From the NCBI GenBank assembly GCA_950097015.1, contig CATNEN010000014.1:1-64000 (forward strand): a stretch of DNA of 64,000 nt. Reading direction: 5' to 3'. The first letter of the stretch is position 1. Each line of letters opens with the position of its first letter. The notes beneath the pieces were generated by a model that was not told the DNA's origin, did no database searches, and was given only the letters and a program-made list of their open reading frames with translations. The stretch is from Macrostomum hystrix (taxonomy: Eukaryota; Animalia; Platyhelminthes). The translations under genes and the position numbers were made by a program. Below are positions 11,577 to 24,500 of this stretch, piece by piece.

Positions 11577-12120
11577 CATAGCTAAGAAATATTTCGGATA
11601 AAAAAACATTACTACAGACATGCTATTTGGCCTCGAAGCTCAACTTTAAGCTCAAGCTCAAGCTCAGAGGTTAGGTACGATTCGGGCATTCATGTGCATT
11701 CTCTTGTTCTTAACGATAGAAGTCCATGTCATACACTTTATTATGAGTTGCGCTATGAAAGTTTAAGAGTCCCGAAGTAACTCTCACCCTCGTCAGGACC
11801 ACCGACGTATGCCTATGTCAGAGTAGTAAAATTTTCAGGGGACATGCAATATCTGCTAGGTCATGAGCATACTCTGTTTTTAATGGCTCTTATAAGAATG
11901 TTTAAAGTCAATTGTTACTCGGAGAATAATATCAAAAGAAATTATAAAAGTATTTTAGTGGAAATATTAGGGACTATTCGCCCGTTACGAGGGGCATTTC
12001 GCCCCTCATAATTATAAGCCCATCTTGACTACTAGACATCGTCGCTCAGTAGAGTGATCAACGGTTAGGTACGATTGGGGCATTTAAGTGCATTCTCTTG
12101 TTCTTAACCATAGAAGTCCA

Positions 12121-12628
12121 TGTCATACACTTTATTATGAGTTGCGTGTGGTTTAGTGTATTTGGGTAGATAGCAAAGCCCAGGTTACTACAAACGCTAG
12201 AGCCGCAAACGCTCTTAACGCGGTCCTCGCAATCAAACAGGTAGAACGAATTGTCTATGGGATATTTAGCTGCAACGGTCGAATACTAGTTTCTATATAA
12301 TGAAAGTACAACGCACATAAAAGTACAACACATCACCCCCTGATCTCCGGATCACAAGAGATCAAGGTTCGTAACGGACCGGCGCCGACTTCACCCTATT
12401 AGACCGTCGTGGTTCGGCATCCCGCTCGACAGCTCGCTCCACCCCAGGAGGCTGCGGTTGCGTGTCTGATGCCGGGTGGACGTCAGCTACGTGACGGGGA
12501 AGGCCATCGACCTCCACCGTAGACCCTTGTCTCTGGCCCGTCACGTGTCCCCTGGGCCGGTTAGAATAGAACGGTAGCAGCCAACCTCGCTGAATCCAGT
12601 CTTTTTTCTCTGACTCATACTCGCCCAC
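12121..12628 (-). mobile_element. Gypsy-like integrase C-terminus with PPT and candidate LTR (left-arm copy)
   Basis: RRSNRVKSAPVRY C-terminal motif, then AGGGGGTGA and a TG start. The LTR end is uncertain. Confidence 0.6.
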
Positions 12629-12671
12629 CAGGCACGCCTAAGTTAAAGTATCTTTCGCAAGCCTCGCTCCA

Positions 12672-12789
12672 CCTGCCGGGCAACGCACAAGTGACTCGAC
12701 CTCTCCTGCCGGGCAGCGCACAGGTGACTCCACCTCTCCTGCCGGACAGCTCACAGGTGACTCGACCTCTCCTGACGGACAGCTCACAG
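12672..12789. repeat. 33-bp tandem repeat, about 3.5 copies (mirror at 29323-29440)
   Basis: Unit CTGTGAGCTGTCCGTCAGGAGAGGTCGAGTCAC and variants, read on the right-arm copy. Confidence 0.85.
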
Positions 12790-14316
12790 CCCACTAAAAA
12801 CGGTTTCTCGGAATCCGGTCGGAGCATCTGATCGGAATTTATAGTGAAATTGTCTCGTTCAATCCGATCGGATTCTTGTCGGAATTTCCGATACTTAAAT
12901 GACGCCTAAATCCGATTGAATTGCGAATACCTAATTTTACTTCTATAGCACACGTATCAAGCTGGTGACAGGTAGGCTGCTACATCAGTCACTGAAGACA
13001 AGTTATACTCGTAGCATGAGTGAGGTATAATTAGCACTAGCCGTGATCACAAAGATACTTCGTTTTGAAGGCCGAAACAACCATTTAAATGTATAAGCAA
13101 TTTGTTAGATTGCTAGATTGCCGGATTAGACGAGATTGCAACTAGATTGCAGTTAACGTACGTAGTTTTCACTAGGCATTGTCTAAGTTCCAGAAATTTT
13201 TTAGCAATGCCTAGCAATGAATTTTTAGCAAATTCTCATCACTTTACAGAGAAAAGGGTATTCAAATAATTTTTAACTTTTGAATTTATAAGTTTAGAAA
13301 ACCAAAAGCTTAATAACTATCTATGTTGCCAAAATGTAACAGAAAGGTCACTGGCGAAATGACAAAATAGAGATTTTTGCGAAAAGGACTAAGAATCCTA
13401 ACTGACAGCAAATAAAAAACATGTAATCAACAATCATGCTTTTCTACCCTGCGAGGTCACGCTGATAAGTTCATGCTGATAAATTGATAAGTTCAAGGTC
13501 ATGCTGATAAGTTAAGCGTGAGGTACTTAAGTGTGGAAAGAGAATTTTAAAGGCCGTTAGCTTTCTAGCTAAGAAAAGAGGCATATGCCTCATGCCTCTA
13601 TAAGTATGCTCACCAAACTCAAGTGCTTATTTACTTTAAAAATCAAGCCGAGTGATAGGGGGAGAGGATGATAAACTGACCATACGCTCGTATTTATAAT
13701 GAATTTTGACAATCAATGTGTGACATTCTGATAAACTCAGAAGGGGTTTCAGTCTCGGCCGCAGCCAGAGCACTAACCGAAAACGTGCCGCGCAACTGCG
13801 CTCAAGTTGTCTATTTAAAGATGCAAAAGGGTGGTACAAATTATAAGTCGGGGCGGCGCGTGAAAACACCCGCAGCCTCTCACAACCCCCACCAAAAGAT
13901 CGAAACCTCCTCAACAAAATCCAACAGGCGCAATTGCAAGCAAATTCGAATTGAACAATTGAATTACATTAACCAACTCTTAAAATCACCGCGATGACCA
14001 AAACGCAAAACCTCTGTAAAAAGGCAGAGTTAGCTGCCAAGACAGGAACAGAAAACTATAATAGGAAACTATCACACTAAGTACACCGCGCTGTAGGTTG
14101 AGGTTGATTGTGTCTAACTGACTATGTTACATCAATGTACGCTCTTTTATCACCCCAAATCCTTGCACCAAACGTGCCATCGTCTATCGTTCAAGCTTAA
14201 AACATAAAAACCGCCGAACTCAGGAGCGTGGAGCTCTGAGAGTTGATTCGCTCTCGCACAATAAATCTGTGGTTTTCTTCATATCATAAACATGAAGCCA
14301 CGCGCTCTCCCTACCA

Positions 14317-15294
14317 TCACATATGCAATATTTGGCAGTTACTCTGAATGGCTAGCTGTAGACTCGTCGCTACCCGAGGCGCCGCCCCTGCTTTGCCGCT
14401 TTCGCTTCGCCGCTCTCTTGGGCATCGCGACTGTTGAGCCCGCGCTTCTCCGCTTTCGGACACCATCGAAAAACCCTGGATGGCCATGTTAATCCTTTCC
14501 AAAGTAAACTTGGACGACAGGGCATCTGGACAATGGTTTAATGTAAAGTGGGTTTATTAACTACAGTGGGTCTATTCACATGCAGTAAGTAACGGCTTAA
14601 CGGTACATCGCAGCAAAGAAAAGTATTTGAGCATCAGGACAGCTTTACTTATTTATTGTTTGAGTTCAGAGTTTCCATTATAAAACAAAATGTATAATTT
14701 AGAGTATTAAAATTCCTAGTTCAAGCATAATGTATAGAGGACAAACATTGTACGAACCTTTTAGGATTTCGCCAAAGTAAGTATCGAAAGAAAATTTTGC
14801 GTTTTCTTGATCGCCTCCTCTGGGATCCTTCCCGCCTGTTCTATTGAAGCGGCCTTGAAAATCCCGCGCGATCAGCTCATTGATTGCGTAGCGCACAGAT
14901 GGTTGCGCCTCGGAACAGAGACACCTTGTCTGCAGCCGTGCTACCTAAAACAAAGAGCAAACAGAAATAACTTCCAAATCATCATTATATTTGCGGCTGA
15001 CTGGAAGCTGTCGTATTTGTTTCGAAAAATGCCACTAAATTTAGGTTTGCTAAAATATAGTACAGTTTATATTCAATTTTTACAAAATCATAAAATCATA
15101 ATATCGAAATAACTCACTAACGCCTTCTTAATGTCATCGTTGGTGTAAATAGAGTCGTAAAATTTCTTCAGCTCAGCCTCCGTTCGGATGGGAATATTCA
15201 CGGGAATCGACGCTTCCGCAGAAACTCCAGCTAGATTAGGCACTCCACGCTGCAACACGTCTCTTAGCTTCAGAGTCTCTCTTAGGTTGAGCAG
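14317..15294 (-). CDS. Three in-frame spliced exons of an unknown, possibly DUF4806-like, gene (left-arm copy)
   Basis: Mirror of 26818-27795. Confidence 0.55.
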
Positions 15295-15459
15295 CTGCAG
15301 ACAGTAAAGGCCTAGTGAAACATATATATAGCATTTTGATACAGAGATTTGGAACTTATATGTTAGACAAGCAAGGGGAATCACAGCTGAATGTTGATTC
15401 TGAAGTGGGTGGGTGTTTCGCAACCGCTGACCTGCCTTCATGAGAGATGATCACCAGAT

Positions 15460-16745
15460 CACGTGACGGGGAAAGCCATCGACCTCCACCGTAGACCCTT
15501 GTCTCTGGCCCGTCACGTGTCCCCTGGGCCACGTGCCTTGCAAGTGCCATCCTTTGGAGCCATGTTGTACCAGAACACCATTTCCAGCACGTTCTTTCCG
15601 GTTCTGGCTGCCATCCGCTTAATCGTCCGATGATTGCGCTCGACTATTCCATTGCCTGACGGCCGGTGAGCGCAACGGAAGAGGAGCTGCACTCCCCAAG
15701 CCTCACAGTACGCACGGACCTCAGCGGAGCGGAAGGTCAGTGAATTGTCGAGAAGCAGCTGCCAGGGAGGGCCCCGCTGTCGGAACACCTGCACGAGTAT
15801 CCCGGCAATTGACGCTGTCCGCTCGTCGGTGAGTTTTCGCCACAGCGAGAATCTGCTCGGCCCGCAGTCAACAATGGACAGATAGCGGTCGTCCTTAAAG
15901 TGGGTCACATCGCAGGCCAAGCGCCACCAGTTTGCATCCACCTCGAGTCTGCCATGGTCCCAAATCATTGGCGCAGGGTCTACGGACTTGCATCGGATGC
16001 AGTTTGCTACGATGCGCTCAACCTCTTCACGCAGTACCTCACGTTCAGGGAAGCACAGTTTGGCCAGGTAGAGCGTCCTGTCCACCCCGAAGTGGTGCTT
16101 CTCGTGGCACGCACGGAGATCCATGTCAACGGGGCGCAGCGCCACTGCACAGAAGGGCCGCTGGCGCAGCCACTGTTGCGGTACTCGCGTCAGTGCGTCT
16201 GCCTTGTTTACGGAAAATGGCACCAGCGACGTCAGCATCTCGAGCTCGCACTCCGACGCCGTGTCTTGGATTAATGACAGCCGTTCCCGAGCCAGAGCTT
16301 CACCGAGACCTTTGACTCGGGCCATGGGCCCTGGCCCGCGCACGCCCGAAGACGAAGAAGAAGAATACCTTTGACTCGCACGGGCTTATCGCCGACAATC
16401 AAAGACTGGAGCCAGCCGTGCACGGTTGCAGAATCAGTCAACACTTCAACTTTCCTCGTACCCCAAGCAAGGGCAAGGTTGAGACCCTTAATGACCGCCT
16501 CAAATTCGGCCAGATAGATGTGCGCAGCGTCGTCTTGTTTTCGCAACCACGAGGCGTCCTCCACGATGACGCCACCAATTTCGATGACGGCTCCAATGGC
16601 GATGCTGCTGGCGTCGCATCAGACGCGACAGCTCGACGTCTCGTCAACGGTCCACACCCCAGCGACAGGATCTCGTTCCTGGACCATTTCGCTGACTTCT
16701 TGGGTACCCTTTGGACAGCGGATGAAGCGACGGAAGATGAAAGGG
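15460..16745 (-). pseudogene. Gypsy pol fragment (RNase H + integrase), degenerate
   Basis: V*CDASSIAIGAV RNase H motif with an in-frame stop, HHFGVDRT...C..C zinc finger, LACDVTH / LLLDNS / NGIVERNHRTIK DDE integrase core, and a frameshift near 16350. Confidence 0.9.
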
Positions 16746-17279
16746 TAAAAAACATATCTTGGTTTATTTTAGATCCATTTTCTGTTTTACCTAAATTGTA
16801 ATCCGTAAACTAAACATCGGCGTTTTGGTGTTGCATTGATTTAAGCGTGTATCACAATTCACAATATTGATCTAAACAACCTTGCATTCAGGATTCAAGC
16901 TCTCAGAAACGGGACGAAAATGCGCACATTGCCCTTTCAGCACCCCCAGTGGTAATTGAGCTTCCATTGCTACCGTTATCGCCTGCTACTACAATTGCTA
17001 AGGTAATTCATACATTCACGTTACTATGCAAGATATTACTACTACGCGCTGATAGCGATCGCCTGATCATAGGGATTAGGACCTATACTCGAACAAACTT
17101 GTTAAATCAGCATTATCAGTCTCTTTTTCGCCTTAATGAAAACTCTATTGTACCTTATTCTTATATTTAGCAAAAAATATTTATCTTGAGCGTGGCTTTT
17201 TAATGTTATTGAAAGAGCTATAAATACTTTATAATGTATCGAAACGCGAAAAATTTTATTTTCTAGAGCTCATCAAACA

Positions 17280-18182
17280 TTTCTTTCCAAACTCCACGGA
17301 CCACTCAAGTTCGTGGCATCCTCCAACAGTCTCAGAGTGCCAACAAGACTCCTGATCGGCCGCAACGGCAGCTTGAAGATGCGTGCGCTTCCCTGAGCAG
17401 TTTTAGCAGCCGACCGGACATCTCGATAGCAGTGCCTCAAGAGGACAGCGTGCGAGTACCACCAGTGGTAGCTACTTTCAATTCATATGCTCCTATTTAG
17501 ATCATTCTATTTTAGACTCACTTAAGTTACCCTAGCATCTGCTCTGGTACAATACATTTAGTTTTGTCTTAAAAAGAAATCTCGAGGGATTACTTGTAGC
17601 TAGTTTTTGAATGGCCAAGCGAAAAAGAATTTTTTATAGCTGCACGTGTTTACAAATGCGTTCCTTGCTTATTTCTCAGGGTGCATTTTCTGCTGTACCC
17701 CAGTTAGAGGCATATGCCAGGAGGCAAGGATCGAATCCAGCGGATACGCTTGGGGATCAATCGAAGGTAAAATCTAATTACGATTGCTGATAGTAAAGTA
17801 GTGATAGCTTTTAATTAATAAATAAGACAAATGCCCTGTATTATTTTCGTTTTTTTATTTTTGCTTAGACCCAGAATAAAATATATTTTAGAAAGCTGAT
17901 ATTTATTAGAAGCTCAAAAGTACTTAATGTATCGTGAAAGAAATGTCAGAGCTGCTAACAAGGGCTTTTGGGGGGGTAGAAGCTGCCTTAGAAGTGGCGG
18001 CAACCGCTATGTGGAATCCATCTGTTGGAATTGATGTGGAGTGTGCTGCGGGAATCGAGTGGGAATGTGAGCCAGCAGAATTTTTCAATTTTTTGGCAGT
18101 CAATAATCGCGACCCACCTAGCAGCTGGCCACGAAACAAGATCATTAATCTTAGGGCCGGGTTTGGGGCGGCGGTGAATTAA
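17280..18182 (+). other. Possible exons of an unidentified spliced gene
   Basis: GC-richer open segments, one (about 17681-17766) flanked by AG/GT. No motif recognised. Confidence 0.25.
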
Positions 18183-19426
18183 GTAGCCGTCGAATCCCCT
18201 CTCCCTGGATCTGTTTCAGCCCCCTGTAGGAATGACTGATCGCGGGCCATAACTTTATTGTATGAGCTAGTTTAGGTCATAATTCCCCTCCAAACCGCGA
18301 TCAGATATTGGGAATCACTCGGGTATTATGAGTGATCATTAATTCTTCATGTCCCCACTTCTTTACAGTATTCGAGCCCAGCTCGACTTTATGACCTCCT
18401 CTCTTAGATACATGTAAATGTCACTGTAGGCAGGTCGGCGCCTGCGCTTCCCATTGTCCTGGCGGAGTAACAATTATTGGCCGACTGCCGGCGGCTGCTC
18501 GTAAAGGAGCATCTGTCGTTTCTCGCCGCCGGTTCATTGGGTAATCGGGGTGGCCATCGCCGCTTCGATTCCTCGATGACAGGCTGGCGCGAATGTGGGT
18601 TATTTTGATGAATGTCGAGGTTGGCGTGCGGCAGGACTATTTAAGCAAGCGCGCTGCGCTGCTCCTCCCGGACCTCCCTTCGGACCCTCTCCAACCTCCC
18701 GACCTCCCCGACCGCCCAGACCGCCTTTCCGACTCCGTTCGGACCCTCCGGACTCATCTCTACCACTTAGGGCTTAGACCCTCGAGCTCAAAGCTCAGCA
18801 TAGCGCTCACAGGCCCATTGCCTGCGCCTAATCCCCTAACAGTGCAAGCCACCTCTTTAGGTGAGCCCTCAAATTGAGCCTCAGAGCTCCATTGGTGTGT
18901 TGGCCCCTGCCAGCTCATTTCCGTTTAGGAAATAATGTAAGATTTCCGTTAAGGAAAGAATGTTTATTGTTATTTATGCTGTGATTGAATTATGAGACGT
19001 AAGTCTGAGAAAGATCTTTGCTTAGTATATTTAAGTGTAGCTAGAACGATGGAGGGTACAGTAAGGGGTGTCTATGGGAGGAGCGAATGCTGAGAGAAGT
19101 ACGAGCGTAAAATTAAAGTGATATTACACTGCGGTGTGGAATTCTATGGGAATCAGAATGCTAAGTGAGCTGGAGTGCAGCATTGCGGGAACAAACAAAT
19201 GTAGAATAAATCTGGGTGAGCAAATGAAAATTAAGACATAAATTATAAATATTATGGAGAGATGTTTATCTCGACAGGTTCGGGGGCGCGAAGGCTGAGA
19301 GTGTAAGCAACGAATGGTGGAGTGAACAAGGATACTGTGTTCTGCAGTGCATGCGATGAACAAGAGCTTGTAGTAGTTATTGTAATAATTTAACAGTTTA
19401 GCGAATTGTGGCATTTAGCTGTTGAG

Positions 19427-21596
19427 TTATGGGCAGAGTTCATGGATTTCTTTGTCGTTCGACTTTCTGTCGTTCTCCGGGGGCGCGCAATGGGCTTCGT
19501 CGGCTTCCAGTGGAATCAGGTGCGAAACGGAGCGACGTGATTGCGCGCCAGAACTTGTCTGGACGGTGACATAGCGAGTTATCCCATCTGCCGCTGGGTG
19601 AATAGCGATGATGCGGCAGGTCTTCCAGCTAGAACGAGGAGATTTGTCCACAAGAAGGTAGAGATGGCCAACACGGGGTTGGTAGTAGTTACCGCGGAAT
19701 CTACGACGGTCCTGTAGGTGTATAGACTGCAGATGTTGAACATAATCGCGGCGCCAGCGGTCCCAAAAGGCGTCTAGGATTTGCTCACGTCGGCGATAAG
19801 CGGCACGAAGCTCGTCTGCCACCGTTGAGCCCGCAGGCGGTAGGAGGTGGTCTGTATGACCCGGAAAATCCAAACGCGTACCCGGCGACACCAGGCAAGC
19901 CGGAGTGAGAGGGCGTGGGTCCGCTGGATCAGCTGTGAGAGCGGTCAATGGGTGCGAGTTTAATTGCGCCTCGATTTTGCAAAGGATGGTCTGAAGTTCG
20001 TCGTCATTGATACGCCGGCGCCAGAAGGTGGGACGGAGACTGGATTTTACGAGACCGACGAGGCGTTCGACTGCACCTTGATGCCAAGGTGCGCGGACGG
20101 GAGCAAATTTAAAGCGCAGCTGGTGCATGGCTGCAAATGGCTGTAGATCGTGATAAATTTTCCGCTGGAAGACGGGTTCCAGGAGTGAGTTAATGAATTT
20201 TGCAGAGGCTTGAAATGAGGTGGCTTGATCTAGAAAAATTGTGCCTTCTGTAAGGCCACGACGCGCCCAAAAACGTTCGAATGAATGTAGCACGGCGTCT
20301 GCCGAGTAGTCGCTAAGATACTCCAAATGGACCGCACGGCTAGTTGCGCAACAAAGTACAAGGGCACATCGCTTCGTTGAAGTGCGAGTTTTGGCTTCAT
20401 ATGTATGAATTGGACCTAGCTGATCAATCAGAATCGAACAAAAGGCTGGTTGTGTGGAGTCCTATCGTTCTGGTGGTAACTGACCGTGAGGTGGGAGAGC
20501 CATAGGAGGAGCTTTAGCGTAGCGGCAAGATAGACAGTTGCGGAGAATGCTACGAACTGTGGAGAGACCGCGAACAATCCAGAAGCGCTCCCGTAAGCGG
20601 TTCAGAACGAAGCTTGGAGACGCGTGAGCACCTTGTTCATGCATGTGTAGTATGAGGAGACGAATTAGACGACAGTCCGCAGGCAACAGTAGTGGGTAAA
20701 GGGCGTCTGAATTTAAGGTCGAGTTTGCCATGCGTGATCCTAGCCGTAGGAAACCGTCCTTGTCGAGGAATAAGGCTAGCTGTTTGACTAACTGACACGA
20801 GCTAGGCTTTCGAGATTCAAGTGCTGATAGGGCCTTCTGATAATATTGCTTTTGGGTGTACTGAACCCATTTTAGTAGAGCTGCGTTCCGCTCGGATGCG
20901 TCGGGGAAGCCACGAGCGGTGCTACTGTGTGACGAAACGTAACACGTAGGCAGTCGCACCAGTTAGCGTGCTAAGACGGCGAAAGCAAGCTATATCTATG
21001 CCACCGGGCGGCTCCTGGCAATTTGTAGCGCAGTTGTCCAGCAGGCTGACAGTTGGAACACTAACGGGTGGTCGTAATGCGGCAATCGTGTTGTCATTAT
21101 TGGTTGACACAGGTTGCTCAAAGGAAGGCCACGACTCAAAGGGTCGACGAAGGAAGCATGGTCCGGTGTGAAAGTTTGATTGGAGGAGCTGGGACAGAGA
21201 CAGAGGTCTTGTACAATGGTCTGCTGGATTCTCTGTGGATGGCACATAACGACGATCGTCCGTGAGGCCGGAAGCACGAATTTCCCGAACCCGCTGACTT
21301 TCATACTGACGGATCTTGGTGTCACGTAGAATCCAGTTGAGTACAATCTGACTGTCAACGTAATGGGTGATGCTCACAATGTTGAGTATCGGTGACAGCA
21401 TGTCCCTGAGTAGCAATGCGGCCCGGTTGCCGATGAGGGCGGCCCATAGTTCGATTCGAGGGATAGTAATGAGAAGACCTTTTCTGCCAGTGGGAACGAG
21501 GCGGGCCTTAGCGTATAAAAGTGCGACGCTTGCCTTTCCGTCCTTGTATTGATGAACGTAGATCGCGAAGCCGTAAGCCGTGGGGGGATCCGTCAC
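19427..21596 (-). pseudogene. BEL/Pao RNase H and integrase region, frameshifted into 3 ORFs
   Basis: AKARLVP/TIPRIEL/NPADHCTR RNase H motifs, H-H-C-C zinc finger, FLDQATSF and PWHQGAVERLV integrase motifs. Confidence 0.88.
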
Positions 21597-24500
21597 TGAA
21601 GAGGATCATCCGGCAGGGGCAGGACCGATCTGCAATGCAGCGACGTTGCATGATGATTCGATCTACGTTGGAGAAGTCCTCACGGAGGGATTTCCAGGAC
21701 TCGACTGTGGGTGCGTCTGCTGGTTGATTCCAGGGTGCTTGAGAGTTGAATGCTCTCTGGAAGAGGAGACGACCAGCGAGCAAGAGTGGGGCGGCGTAGC
21801 CGAATGGATCATATGGCTTGGAGATTGCGCTTAGCAGACTCGCCCGAGATAGATTTAGATCTGGTGAGATGCTTGGTTTAACAAGCTGGAGGGTATCCTT
21901 GGTTGTATCCCAGGCGATTCCAAGATTTCGAACTATTGGATCATTAATGACGTCTGCCACAGGAAGCTGGCAGAGTGACGTGGGGTCGCTAGCCGCGAAC
22001 TCTCGAAGGTGGAAACAGGCCGAACGGAACAGAGCAGCAAGGCCAGCGACTAAACGCGGGCCGTCTTCTTGATGATCATAGCCCATTACTAGGTTGCCCA
22101 TATACAGGCCAGCAGGTATTGCTTTAGCCTCGTTAGGTGTGAGGCCAAATTCGCTGCTCACGGAGGCATCGTGGCACAGTTTTTGCAGTATTGCGAGTAA
22201 GATCCACGGTGATGGGCTGGCACCCATTACAATGCGAGTGAAACGCCAGAGCTGTAGATTTTCTTTGGTGAGAGGTCTGGTGATGTCCTCTGGGAGTATG
22301 ATTCTTAGAGCGTCGCGACACTCCGGATGAACTAGGATCTGATAGAATGCTGACTGAAGGTCACTCACACATACATGTCGGAAAACACGAAGACGTAGCT
22401 GCACTTGAAGCAGGGTGGTAAGTAGGTTAGGCCCAGTCTCTAGTAGATCATTCAGACAGAGGCCACCGTAGGATGTCGGAGAGGAGGCGTCTACAACTGG
22501 TCTGATCTTTGTGGTGTTAGATGACTCTTTTATCACCGGGAAGTGAGGCAGTACGTGAATGATTCGGCCGGTAGGCTGTTGTCTGTCGACTAGTTCGAGG
22601 ACACCTTCGACCTTGCGCTTGTCGAACTCAGCATAGTATTTCGTGCGCTGCTCCGGAGTCAACCGGTTGTGTACCAATTGAGCGCGACCAAAGGCTTGGC
22701 CAAAGTTTGATGGAAGATTTTCTGCTCCTGTTTTAAAAGGGAGAGCGACTGAAAACCGGCCATCCTGCTGGCGTGTGGCAGTCGCAAGAAGCTGGGTAGT
22801 CAGCTCATCGGCCGGGAAAATGGGGGGATCAGTGCTTTGCCCTAAACCGAGGACTTCAAGACTGGTCATTCGATCCACGAGCCGTTCGAGATTGTCCGAC
22901 TGTGCCTGACAAAAAAAGGAGTTGCTGAGGATGGTGTCCGAAAATAGGTTGGTGGGATCATCGAGGGAGCCCGTTAGAATGGTTCCAAAAGGAGTGAGAT
23001 GCGCAGTAAAACTTGGGCGCAGTGGTATAGCACCGACACTTGGACCAATGAGGCGTTGAGCATAGTCGTTACCAATTAGGAGATCAAGTCGCACCTCCTT
23101 GTCCTCTGTTGGAGGGGTGTTCGTTACTCCTAAGGGTAGGTGCTTCAGGGACGTCGTAATGTCCTTGGGCAGGGAAAAGGCTTGAAGGTAGATTGCTGGA
23201 GCGATGTGAGCAATGGAGAGGACTCGGATAGGCATTCGCTGGCCTGTCTGCGTTGCGAGTTCAAGTCGAACGACTTCAGCCTGAATATGACGGCGGGTGG
23301 TAACATGGCAGGCAGAGCTGACGATGTTGAACTTTGCCAGGACTGGGAGCCCAAGTTGGCGAGCGATGTCTCTCCGGATGTAGGTATAGCTGCATCCCCC
23401 ATCGATCAAAGCAGTAACGTTTACCGATTCTCCAGTTGATGGGTTCACAGCGGGAGCTGAGAATGTTGCCAGGACTGTGGGTTTCAGCCTACCATCGTGA
23501 GTCGATGAGATGCAAGCAACTGCACTGACAGGTTCAGGGTTAACCACGGTATCTGTTGGATCCGGAGACATCGCACTGAGATGTGAACTGACCTTGGGTT
23601 CGCTGGGCTCGTTGCTTCTGGTCTTGTTGGTTGCTCCTGTGTTTCTGTCCTCTACAATGCGAGAACCATGAAGGGAGGTATGGTGCTGGGCTTTGCATTC
23701 TCGGCAGCGGTTCTGTGACTGGCAGTCCCGTAGGGCATGCGTGCGTAGGCAGTTGAAGCAGTTGAAGCATAACCTCTTGCGCCTTACGATGTTCAGACGG
23801 TCGTCCGGATGGCTGACTCGCTCGCATTGGAGAGACATATGGCCACTTCTATCACAGTAGGCGCATGTTACCTCGCTCTTTCGTAAGTTGTAAGAGCTAC
23901 TGGGTTTCTGGTTGCCAGATAAGTATCGGTCGGTAGAAGGATGCGTTTTCTTTGGCGTAGAACGGTGGGAAGAGGAAGCATTTATGAGGCTGGCGCCTGC
24001 ATAGGGAATAGAAGTGGCGTGTTGCTGTGATGAGATTGCAGTTGCACGTAGAGCACGAAGCTTTGTGTCGAGATGTTCCTGTAACTCGACCATCGTAGGC
24101 ATCAGTGTTTTGCCTGTTTTTATCCGAAAGTCCTGGATGTCTGTTTGTATGCACTGGGGTAGCTTTGGCCACAACGCAAAGATGTAGGCATCCATCGCAG
24201 CAGTCGGTTCACTCAGGCGGGTTAGTTGTCCGAGAGTGAGACGTAGGGTGTCGCTGAATTCTTCCAGTGATTGTTGATTGGCATCTGACAGATGAGGCAT
24301 CACAAGAAGTCGCCTGTAGCAGGCACTCTTCTGCTCCTGAAGGTTCCCGTAGTTGAGTTCGAGGATTCGCTGTGCTTCTTCGTAGGCTCCTGGCCGGCAC
24401 GCATCCAGGCCACTGAGTTTTCTTTGAGCTGCTCCTGTTAGTAGGCCGCGGAGTATCTCGAACTTGTCCACGTCGGACAAGCCCTTGCTGCTGTCGACAC

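Larger units (their letters stand above)
10522..15458. repeat. Left arm of a ~4.9-kb inverted duplication
   Basis: Reverse complement of 26654-31591. Mirrored ORF coordinates sum to 42112. Confidence 0.97.

Noticed and set aside
12991-13080. CTGAAGA...GCCGAAAC as a second hammerhead (mirror near 29030-29120)
   Set aside because: No clean stem II, stem III or NUH site could be built.
13455-13515. Cluster of four to five (CT)GATAAG GATA-like sites
   Set aside because: It looks like short tandem duplication inside duplicated repeat DNA with no linked promoter evidence.
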